A DNA stretch of 64,000 nt, taken from Bdellovibrionia bacterium (GTDB taxonomy: Bacteria; Bdellovibrionota; Bdellovibrionia; Bdellovibrionales; JAGQZY01). This document shows, one piece after another, positions 57,201-64,000 of this stretch (its first letter is position 1; each line of letters starts with the position of its first letter). The stretch covers positions 679 to 64,678 of the forward strand of contig JAUHWN010000004.1 of assembly GCA_030424665.1 (NCBI GenBank). Reading direction: 5' to 3'. The notes under the pieces are model-generated. The model ran no database searches. It was not told the DNA's origin and saw only the letters and a list, made by a program, of their open reading frames with translations. A program made the position numbers and the translations under genes.

Positions 57201-58609
57201 CCGCCCCAGGGATCACTTTTGATGGAGATGAAGATTTAGGGATTTATCGAATAGCTGCCGATCAAATGGCTTTTACTGCTGCAGGTAGTATGAAGTTTGA
57301 AATGAATCAAAACCGCTTTGAAGGTAAAGATTTTGGCTCGGCCGCCATGCGCTCTGCCGCCGGTGTCGAGGCCAACCCTGCATTCACATTTGTAAATGAC
57401 CCCGATACAGGTCTATTCACACCGGCTTCTAATGAAATTGCATTTTCTAACTCTGGGTCAGAATCACTTCGAATTGATGCGGACGGTGACGTTGGAATTG
57501 GAACATCTGCGCCAGATTCTATCCTTCACGTTGAACCTTCGGCAGCGCCTGCTAGTACGAAAGGTAAAGGAATTAAACTTTACGCTCAAGATTCGACGGG
57601 TCCTGCTTCAAATACGGGTGGAAGTATACTTCTAGAGGTTGGTGACGGTGCTGGTGGATTTGGTTCGGGAAATTTTTCTGCGGATGTTAAAAGTGGTAAT
57701 TTCTTTGTTACTAAAGGAAAAAACTCTGCTTACACACCAGGATCGGCACCTGATCATCACCTCTTTTTAGAAAATAGTTGGTTTGTTGATTCGAACTCTG
57801 TTTTTATTACTCATAACGTTCGAAATACAGCCAATGATCAGTATTTCTTTACTGGAGCCTTCTCGAACTCTGGAGCAGGCACTTACTCTCCTTCCTACGC
57901 TTGGGTTCAGCAAACGGGAGCATCATCCTATGCTGAGCGAATGCGAATCGATGGGTCGGGACAATTGGGAATTGGGACCACTTCCCCAGAGTCTTTAGTT
58001 CATATCGATGGCTCAGGTGCCGGTAAAGGACTTTGTGTCACCAGTGATGATACCTGTGGGTCTGTTCCCGCTGGAGGAGAAATTTCGGCTGAAACGACAC
58101 TAAATACGGGTGCCGATTATGCGGAATATTTTGCCGCAGAAAGCGATAATTTTCAGCCAGGGCAGCTAGTTGGTATAAATCCTGAAAATGGTCTTGCTCG
58201 ATCTTATCAATCTGGAGATGCCCTCCTTGGTATAGTCTCTACCAATCCTGGAGTCATTGGTAACTCAGAATTACGAGGGAAAGAAAACGTAGTACTCGTT
58301 GGTCTTGTAGGGCAACTACCGGTTCAATCCGATCAAGTTTACTATCATAATGGTTTTGCCTTTGCAAATGACGGTGAACCTCTTGGTTTCGCCTTAGCTA
58401 ACGGAAGTGTGTACATCAATATTTCTTCAACCGATGTTCAGCAGAATTCAGAAATCGCAAAACTCAAAGACGAGTTGAGCAGAAAAGATCAAGAGATCAA
58501 GAATTTAAAAGAAAAGAACGAAAGCCTAGAAAGCCGCATGGATCGACTTGAAGCCATGATGGAAGCGCTTTCGGCTTCTTCGAGTCGCGCGCCAGCTTCG
58601 GTTGAGTAG
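51239..58609 (+). CDS. Giant mosaic trimeric fibre adhesin (MAT-like) 2, paralog of the upstream gene
   Basis: Near-identical N-terminal ~430 aa and highly similar C-terminal ~330 aa to 42958-51039; different order of central modules; same ADYAEYF chaperone. Confidence 0.85.
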   Translation: MMRINIKGLILLIFSSLLALPAQADPLYFNYNGRILRPDDTPLNAASVDFTVQIISTTDGCVLYEENHNLDMSTSAGVFNLKVGSGARAGSDYEDTSTLDQAFDNGLGNVTGLTCDSGTAYDAAPGDARAIRLTINEGTGVIQFSENINMASVPYARYATKLEGMGAGDFLAVDGVNNIDQTNLQNVFGGGNYTELMNLINGTSAQYADPAGANFTPTAPVDFNNQALQNLAEPTDATDAATKNYSDTYIGGAAADSASLSVLAGGADIGKVLTWNGTTWVANAPTTTDATKLPLAGGTMTGDIDMGGNDILNTGFITMSANTYLHLGTYAGDPGASFGPVHEGVTWYDTIANQLKIWDGAAAQVIGGFDIGTAAGDAMGADAVPNCLATEKLQMSAGPVYAWSCVTDATGGDFESDGSVAMTGNIRLNGNYLSGDGDSEGVFVDAAGNVGVGSSSPQANLHIRNNDTSHALRISRASDAADSAHLGFVPTVTSSLTPIWNVGLVEANSDNFHISTWNGVSANSRVVLTPSGALGIGDLAPSQRLEVSGRIVSGPAGTASGEAGTIRFEELAANGTNYVSLRAPDSLAGDVVWTLPGTDGTNGQVLQTNGSGVLSWTTPATGTGDFESDGSVAMTGQFQANSGSVSAPGITFDGDEDTGFYRPLSGVVSYSSNGSEVFGFGIGTIDIAFIGTANLEAQDNFEIEIDGNNSGSGNFDITHDSTNLLRVTDLGNVGIGQTVPSEKLDVEGSIVSGPKGTASGEGGAIIFEELAANGTNYVSLRAPDSLAGDVVWTLPASDGTSGQVLSTNGTGQLGWSSLGGGGDFESDGSVAMTGQIDAILGNQGNPGISFGTDADTGFFSPGADNVAITTGGTERVRVTSVGRVGIGVDPSSILHIEGTNPDLQINGNVDDTNISISMIGYNTGAYNHGFEMTHNDDSDNSFQLNRIQAGTPKTVLHAERDTAQLGVFNTSPIGAVHITDENNRDFYFDGHNDTFNQGPDLILRRSRGDTSALTPVMNTDKVGALMFHAYDTTSTYRGAAGIQATATADTGVNRAPTKLEFITREVGSTTTKTQMELGDDGNLNMLDHNRVRFYDTGTSEYVSLVAPSDVTADTNLTLPNGPGTNGQVLTTDGTGVMSWTTPASGGDFESDGSVAMTGQLDATLGNQGNPAISFGTDANTGFFSPGADTIAFTTGGSEQMRLTSSGELGIGGTPTTGSLVHAQGSSANALSMTIENQGTGANSYASVWVQAEGGGGNNYVELGTGGTGSGSAQQAYLATGSGVTSLSLGANLHIFGNLSGTPHLTIEPSGNLHMSSENEIRFEDGDGGEYVGFKAPNIVTGSQTWTLPPSDGTSGQVLSTDGNGVLSWQSTSAGDFLANGSVSMTGNIRLNGNYLSNDGGSEGVFVDTDGNVAIGNGAPDSKLHVFSGHTVNGVGDLILENNNWSYDMGVRFRQADNDKWHFGFSGNDTEDLHIRNNSGGYFQTWDYSTGNVGIGTSAPEEELHVEGTDTTVAVKVTNTDSSVARYPGFIVDHHKGATILGAPTFAGRTSRGTKSLPTETQTGDVLASFVGLGAYNTTPNWHTGGGMEVIAIENFNATDRGTGLRFSVTPSGTTSSENAVLITEAGDINLLTENEIRMQDAAGGQYVGFKAPTTVTSSQTYTLPAADGTSGQVLSTNGSGVLSWTASSGGSGDINNGGNSFGATMTIGTNDANELEFESNNSTTMIMDSVFLYGGGGTGAPSISMGAPGGAAQPSFAFFGDDDTGMYRSAADEISFATGATERMTLDSTGRLGIGVDPTEELHVRKDQNATTTFRVDNFTAGANADSQMILGTSSATLSITQISSSSTGTGASSPNSSLIDGFGTNGLALAGSNGVSGSISFFTDGIAEANRRMTIDNTGHTNILAEKELRLQDASGGEYVGFKAPATVTGTQTYTLPAADGTSGQVLSTNGSGVLSWTAAGGGSGDFLADGSIPMTGQFTADFGTAAAPGITFDGDEDLGIYRIAADQMAFTAAGSMKFEMNQNRFEGKDFGSAAMRSAAGVEANPAFTFVNDPDTGLFTPASNEIAFSNSGSESLRIDADGDVGIGTSAPDSILHVEPSAAPASTKGKGIKLYAQDSTGPASNTGGSILLEVGDGAGGFGSGNFSADVKSGNFFVTKGKNSAYTPGSAPDHHLFLENSWFVDSNSVFITHNVRNTANDQYFFTGAFSNSGAGTYSPSYAWVQQTGASSYAERMRIDGSGQLGIGTTSPESLVHIDGSGAGKGLCVTSDDTCGSVPAGGEISAETTLNTGADYAEYFAAESDNFQPGQLVGINPENGLARSYQSGDALLGIVSTNPGVIGNSELRGKENVVLVGLVGQLPVQSDQVYYHNGFAFANDGEPLGFALANGSVYINISSTDVQQNSEIAKLKDELSRKDQEIKNLKEKNESLESRMDRLEAMMEALSASSSRAPASVE

Positions 58610-59863
58610 CTAAAATCGATAGCCCACACGAAATTCAGCATTTGAATAAAATAGATAGATGTCACCCTTTAGGTTTTGCGACAAGGATGTATTGTTTTGA
58701 CTAAAGGTGTACCAGTGAAAAACGCCGTACCAGAAAGCACCGATACTCCACCTTTTTCCTAAATACTTCTCTAATCCGATAGAGCCTTCTATGCCGTAGG
58801 CCGAATCGAGATTAAAAACATTTTCGGAATAGAGTGGAAACTGCAGTCTAAAAAAGATTTCGTATAGAAAGGTACGGGCCTGTTCAAGCTCAAAGTGCAT
58901 CCCCAGGGCTCCAAAAAGAATTTGGTTGTTATTGACCTCAACAACGCTAGGAGTTTCGCTGAGAATATTGATAAAAGGTACAGAATGGTACTGAATGCCG
59001 GCCTGGAAACCCATTCTCAGAGTATCATTCGGACGTTTGTAGCGAAACTTTTGTGGAAAGTAAACTCCGGTCGCCGAAGCCATAATCCAGTTAAAAGTTT
59101 TATCCCGAACTTGAGCTTGCTCTGAAGAGGCTGTTTCGCCGGGCGTGAGTTTTGCCGTTAAAAGAACTTGATACTCGTTTGAGAGCTGCTTCCAGTAATC
59201 GATATAAAAAGCCCCAAGATTAATACTCTGAAACGTCGTACTCGAAGGATAATTGGAGTCTTGTTTAAAAAGAACAAAGTTAAGTCCCAAGCCTAAAGAG
59301 AGTTGACTCGTTTTTAAAAAAGGAGACTTGCCCGCTAAGGTAGGAGTGTTGGCAATAATTTTTTCAGGACTGATTTCGAGAATCAGTTGATAAGAAGATT
59401 TTTGCGAACCCTTTCTTACTTTGATCGGAATTTGATAGGCTCCCTTGGGTAGAATAACTTGAAGTTGAAATTCGCCCTTAGAATTCGCTTGTGTCTGTTG
59501 GATGGGCATAAAACTTTGTTTGACCTTAACTTCTTTAACTGAGGCATCGAGAATTCGAATAATATCGGGAGAGTACTCTACAGTCGAGTATGGGAGCGTC
59601 TTTCCGGTGATTACTACATCAACAAATTTCTTGTTAGTACCCAGGCCAAGAAAAGGTTGGTAAAACTCGAGTTTTATATTTCCAGATGTGATTTGCGCCG
59701 ACAGACTCGATTTATCTTTTGAGTCTTGTGTCTTTTTAGGAGTTTCTTTAAGAGTCTCGACACTCTCTTCATTTTCTGTTTTAGCATCATTATTAGTCTG
59801 AGCCGAAACGTTCACTACAAGAAATAGACTCAGTAGAGTAATGATTTTGAGAGCGTGAATCAT
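58610..59863 (-). CDS. Hypothetical outer-membrane protein (N-terminal beta domain plus barrel-like C-terminus)
   Basis: Signal peptide, amphipathic strands and terminal VGYRF; ATGA overlap with the phosphatase C-half. Confidence 0.7.
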   Translation of the reverse strand: MIHALKIITLLSLFLVVNVSAQTNNDAKTENEESVETLKETPKKTQDSKDKSSLSAQITSGNIKLEFYQPFLGLGTNKKFVDVVITGKTLPYSTVEYSPDIIRILDASVKEVKVKQSFMPIQQTQANSKGEFQLQVILPKGAYQIPIKVRKGSQKSSYQLILEISPEKIIANTPTLAGKSPFLKTSQLSLGLGLNFVLFKQDSNYPSSTTFQSINLGAFYIDYWKQLSNEYQVLLTAKLTPGETASSEQAQVRDKTFNWIMASATGVYFPQKFRYKRPNDTLRMGFQAGIQYHSVPFINILSETPSVVEVNNNQILFGALGMHFELEQARTFLYEIFFRLQFPLYSENVFNLDSAYGIEGSIGLEKYLGKRWSIGAFWYGVFHWYTFSQNNTSLSQNLKGDIYLFYSNAEFRVGYRF

Positions 59864-61654
59864 AGAACCCTGCAGCCAATGATCGTTATGTCATCTTCTT
59901 GGGGCAGCCCATCCTCAAAGACTTTTACATCCGAGTAAAGGGCGCGAAGAGCCTGCTTAACACCGAGTCCATTGTTATAGGCCTCAGCGAGTTTTTGGCG
60001 GAAGCGTCGATTGCCGTACATTTTTTTATCTCTATTTTCGGCTTCAAGCATTCCATCGGTGAAAATATAGAGCTGATCGCCGGACTCCAATTGGAATTCA
60101 TCCAACTTAAAATCATTGAAATTTTCTTTTGATCCCACGCGGGGGTTCATTGATCCCTCGAGGGATAGAAATGATTTTCTATTGGCCTCTCCGGGTTTTA
60201 CATTCCTTAAGTAGATGGGAGAAATATGAGAGGCATTTGTGAAGTAAAGTTTTTTGGTTTCTGGATCGAAGCAACATAAAAAGAAAGTCATCACGATTTC
60301 GCCACGAGCAGTTTTGTAAATGGCATCGTTGAGTACACCGAGTGCCTGGGCCGGCGTCATATTGTCCATGCTCTAAAATGCCGGCCGTGGCACGGGCCGC
60401 GCTAGTAATCAAAGCCGGTCCAGCTCCGTGTCCTGTGGCATCACCGAGCCATAAGAAGAGTCTTCCGCGAGCGTCGTGGTGAAAATGCCACCAATCACCT
60501 CCACACTCATTGGCCGGTTCATAGAGCCCGTAGATTTCAATATGATCATCTTTGTATCCGGTTTGTGGCACGAGAGTTTGTTGAACCAGTTGCGCCGTTT
60601 TAAGTTCTGTTTCCATTCTGGCTTTTTGCACTGATTCGCTCAGAAGTCTCGATACCTCTTTGGCCATCTGGTTAAAGCGATCCCCCAAGTTCTTGATTTC
60701 ATCGTTGGATGAAATAGAGATATCGATATCAAAATTTCCGTTTGAAATCTGATCGGTTGCCGTCACCAGCGACGAAATATTTTTCGAAATACTTTTAGAG
60801 AATATCAGGCCGGCGATGGCTGCGAGACTGAAAAGGAATATCCCCAACCAAATAGCCATTTGTCGATATTCGAATATGGCTGTGAGTGCTTGATTCTTTG
60901 GGATCAATTCTGCGGCATAAAAATTAAAACCGATTGAAGACGCCGACACTAAATGCGAGTCCATTTGTCCGATAAAACGGGTGCCCTCTGGGGTTGTCAG
61001 GTTCTCAATCCATTGAGCCGTTTCTGCAAACAAGCCTTCGTCATTTTTTTGCGAACTAAACGACAGCCGCCGACTCTGATCAAAGAGTAAAGAGGTTTTC
61101 CAAGGTGAAGCTTCGGACAAAAGTTCTTCGAGGCTTCTGATGTAAACTTCGCAGGCAATAATTTCGCCTTTAAGATTCGATGGAAAGAAAAGTGTAACGA
61201 TTCCTTCTTTTGCCCGCGTTACTTGAAACCCCAGAGTATCGAAGTTCTGGCTGGACTGTATGTCTAGACTGGACTGGCCAGGGGGCTTGATTGCCTGAGT
61301 GTTTACCAGTGTGATCATTTTGTTCTCTTGAAAATTGGTCAAAGAGCCAGCCTGGATTTTTAGGATGTTTCTATTGCGAGCAAAGATCTGCCGGCCCTTT
61401 TTTGTAAAGTCTTTGGCCTTGGGATCGAAGTGAATGAGTAAATTTCGAATGTTTTGCAACTCTGAATCGATGGATTGCCTGATTTGTCTGGCCTTCAGCC
61501 TTGTGGAACTGAGTGAGGAATCAAATAAGTAAGAAATTTTGTCCCGTTCGAAGTAGTCGACCGCGACATAGATCAAGCTCGCGCACACGACCAAAGTGAG
61601 TGCAAGAAAGTAAATCAATATCTTAAAGCGGATCCCTAGTTGCAGCCGAAACAT
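59860..61654 (-). pseudogene. Membrane HAMP + PP2C/SpoIIE (RsbU-like) phosphatase interrupted by a frameshift near 60370
   Basis: ORF 60179-61654 carries TM-sensor-TM-HAMP, CGGDWW and LGDATGHG. ORF 59860-60369 carries NASH, FTDG and DDITI. Removing one base joins GILE to MDNMTPAQAL. Confidence 0.75.
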
Positions 61655-61697
61655 ATTATATAGAGTAAAAAAATTTTAAGGAGTTGTTAAGACAAAA

Positions 61698-63254
61698 ATG
61701 AATAAGAATTTACTCAGTCGGCGACTGAGGACTATCTCCATTGACCTTTTATTGGTCTTTGTCTTTGTGACATTGATGGGGATTGCTTTGTCTCAACTCT
61801 ATAAATCTCTCCTTGGAAACTCCTTATCACGAACAATGAATGAACAAACCGTGGGACTCGTTAAGAGCTACCGGAACGATGTAAGAATCAAAGAGCAAGG
61901 CGATTATCGCTGGTACCAAGTTGGCGAGAGTTTAGCTCTAGAAGAAGGCGATGAGATCTTTACCGGGGCCGAGAGTCAGGTAGAAATTGAAGTGGGTAAT
62001 CAGTCGATAAGTCTCGGGGCTTATACACTGGCAAAAGTGAACACCCGTTCAAACTCACCAGAGATTAATCTCGAGTTTGGTGAAATCGAAGTGGATGTTA
62101 GTAAGCCCATCGTCCTTGCTTCGAAAGGTAAGCGCCTTAACCTTCGCGGCGACCAATCGAAGGCTCGGGTCAAACTCAAGGTTGGCAAAAAGAAATCCCA
62201 GCTGAGAGTTGTCTCAGGTCAATTGAAACTGGCTAAGAACAAAAAGTTGGTGTCTAAGTCTTTTGAAGTGGATAAGAGTCCCCTTGCGGTTGGTAAGGCC
62301 ATCGACCTCGACAAGATTGAACTCGTCGACACCTCGCTCGAATCGTTCTCAGATCCCTTTGTGGGCGACATCACCGAAGAGATCCGTGAGGAGATTATCG
62401 GACCGACGGTTCATGACAAGTCGTTAGCTGCAATTGATCGAACCAGAGAGTTAACGGCCGTTGAGTTTGAGATTCTTGTTAAGCCAGAGCTCAATCTTAA
62501 TCGACTCGAACTTGAAGTCAGCGAAAAGCAGATGAAGGAAAAGGGTCAATTTATCGAAGCCGGCGAAGATCAGGACCTGGTCGCGAAGTCGCTAAATGTT
62601 GAAATGGGTGATCGGGTCTTTGACTTTCAAGTCTCCAATGAGCCGAGCTTTAAAGACGTTCTCTCCCAAAGACGATTGCGTAAGAATAGTGTGGCATTTG
62701 AAAAGTTTCCGAAAAAAGACTTCTACGTGCGAGTGCGCTATTTCGACTTATCCAATCGAGATTGGAGTGAGTTTTCCGAGGTTCGCAAGGTCGATGTGAA
62801 AGTTGAAAAACCGGATCGAGGGGCTGCCAGTATTCCACCGGTGGGCGGTTTGATTCCAGTTGCACCAATGGGACCACCTGCACCGGCGAAGCCCATGTTT
62901 TTGAGTTCGCCAAAGTTGAAAGGGTTGTCTGATGGTGAAACTTTTATCGCCAATAAAAAGTTTCCAGTCGTCATGCGCCTTAATTGGGATCCAAACTCCT
63001 ACAAACCGGGAGCAAGTCTCGAGTTCGAAGTCTCTAAGTCGCCAGACTTCTCAAAGGTGATAGAGAAAACCACCACTGATCAAAAGCGCTTACTATTTTC
63101 TAACCGGCTGAAGCCAGGTACCTACTATTGGCGTGCTCGCGTCATTAACGGCGAAGAATCGTCCCAGTGGTCTAGACCAAAAAAGGTAATTATAAAAGCG
63201 ATCCAGTGGAAGGGTTCACACTTGCCAAATATCCGATATAATTATATTTGTTAG
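61698..63254 (+). CDS. FecR-domain protein with FN3-like C-terminal repeats
   Basis: N-terminal TM; EGDEIFTG..S FecR-like motif; FQVS..PSF and EVSKSPDF...TYYWRARV FN3-like repeats. Confidence 0.75.
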   Translation: MNKNLLSRRLRTISIDLLLVFVFVTLMGIALSQLYKSLLGNSLSRTMNEQTVGLVKSYRNDVRIKEQGDYRWYQVGESLALEEGDEIFTGAESQVEIEVGNQSISLGAYTLAKVNTRSNSPEINLEFGEIEVDVSKPIVLASKGKRLNLRGDQSKARVKLKVGKKKSQLRVVSGQLKLAKNKKLVSKSFEVDKSPLAVGKAIDLDKIELVDTSLESFSDPFVGDITEEIREEIIGPTVHDKSLAAIDRTRELTAVEFEILVKPELNLNRLELEVSEKQMKEKGQFIEAGEDQDLVAKSLNVEMGDRVFDFQVSNEPSFKDVLSQRRLRKNSVAFEKFPKKDFYVRVRYFDLSNRDWSEFSEVRKVDVKVEKPDRGAASIPPVGGLIPVAPMGPPAPAKPMFLSSPKLKGLSDGETFIANKKFPVVMRLNWDPNSYKPGASLEFEVSKSPDFSKVIEKTTTDQKRLLFSNRLKPGTYYWRARVINGEESSQWSRPKKVIIKAIQWKGSHLPNIRYNYIC

Positions 63255-63268
63255 TAGTTGGGAGCTCA

Positions 63269-63712
63269 ATGGATTATAGCGTACCTGAATTTATCAACGA
63301 GCAATGTGAATTTCCGAGTCTTCAAGGGGTGGAGTCGCTCCATATTACCTTTGAAGATAATCGAGCTATCAACTCTTCGGGGATTGCCAAGTGGATTTCT
63401 TGGATTGAAAGCAACCCAGGCACCAAAATATTTATGGAACACGTATCAGTGACATTTCTCCACCAGGCCTCAATGGTCAGCGAAATGTTGCCAGAAAATT
63501 GCTCAATTATTTCTTTCAAGGTTCCTTACTACTCCGAGAAACTCCAAGAGGATCGTGAATTTCTTTTTTATTCAGACGCCGATATCACCCTCGACTCAGC
63601 CGGTGATCTCGTAATCAATAAAGAAATCGAAAACCAAACCGAAGAAGAGTGGGAGCTGGATCTCATGAGTGACCGGTTCTTCGATCCCTTGATCGCCCAA
63701 CTCAAACTCTGA
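63269..63712 (+). CDS. STAS-like (anti-anti-sigma-like) hypothetical protein
   Basis: HITFEDNRAINSSGIAKWI resembles the STAS DSSG region; ATG at 63269 follows GGAG. Confidence 0.55.
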   Translation: MDYSVPEFINEQCEFPSLQGVESLHITFEDNRAINSSGIAKWISWIESNPGTKIFMEHVSVTFLHQASMVSEMLPENCSIISFKVPYYSEKLQEDREFLFYSDADITLDSAGDLVINKEIENQTEEEWELDLMSDRFFDPLIAQLKL

Positions 63713-63792
63713 GGTGCCAGGTACCATTTGGTAGCGCACTTGCGTAATGCCCCATTGTCGACACAATACAAATGTGAAATTTCGTCGAAATA

Positions 63793-63999
63793 TTATTTTT
63801 TACTGCCCTGATGAGCCTTCATAAAGCGAGGTAAGTCATTCTTGATTGATTGGCGCAATTCTTCGAGTTTTGCCTTGGCATCTTTAGATTTGATATCACC
63901 TAGTTCCTCGGCATTGATATCAATGAGACGGTCAAGTTCACTCTTAATGAAACTAACGTCTTTGGAGCAGATCTTACCTAGGTGGGAGTTTGCAAAGTC
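63793..63999 (-). CDS. C-terminal fragment of a hypothetical protein (5' end outside the window)
   Basis: Open frame from the window edge, DFANSHLGKICSK...KAHQGSKK, to TAA at 63795-63793. Confidence 0.55.
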   Translation of the reverse strand, partial: DFANSHLGKICSKDVSFIKSELDRLIDINAEELGDIKSKDAKAKLEELRQSIKNDLPRFMKAHQGSKK

Positions 64000-64000
64000 T

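Noticed and set aside
42958-58609. Prophage tail region or CRISPR-like array
   Set aside because: The proteins have Sec signal peptides, with no capsid, terminase or integrase genes nearby; the repeats are in-frame protein modules with irregular long spacing and no cas genes.
63232-63239. TCCGATAT upstream of the STAS-like gene
   Set aside because: It lies inside the FecR coding sequence and has no TAAA-like box 20 nt upstream.
63568-63771. 67-aa minus-strand ORF
   Set aside because: It overlaps the better-supported STAS-like gene on the opposite strand and has no recognisable features.
281-63771. The many other short antisense or alternate-frame ORFs in the six-frame track
   Set aside because: They are nested within well-supported long genes and show no motifs or ribosome-binding sites.

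Overview
Chromosomal segment of a Bdellovibrionota-like (predatory Bdellovibrionales-type) bacterium; the taxon is inferred from gene content, not from a marker search. No rRNA, tRNA, CRISPR array, transposase or integrase was recognised. 1-21.5 kb is mostly housekeeping and envelope: ruvB 3' end, lpxC, ald, split comEC, TPR lipoprotein, TsaP-like LysM protein, dprA, lptF, a kdsA variant, a glycosyltransferase, two receiver-domain proteins, trxA, rodA-mrdA-mreD-mreC and a PpiD-like PPIase. 21.7-31.2 kb is a complete TtpC-type TonB system with a TonB-dependent receptor and a secreted beta-helix-like partner. 31-42 kb holds an ankyrin lipoprotein, a subtilase-TM-PilZ fusion and an operon built around a 1,795-aa metzincin lipoprotein. 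43-58.6 kb holds two tandem giant mosaic fibre (MAT-like) adhesins, both ending in a Peptidase_G2-like chaperone. 58.6-64 kb has a frameshifted PP2C phosphatase, a FecR/FN3 protein and a STAS-like protein. The least explained signals are (1) a ~400-bp inverted duplication at 3050-3449 with crossed internal repeats, compatible with two convergent overlapping ~175-nt structured RNAs or a flippable segment; (2) nucleotide-identical patches among fibre modules; (3) four sigma28-like promoters with identical spacing; (4) the protease-PilZ transmembrane fusion. All family assignments come from motif reading by eye; no database search was run.
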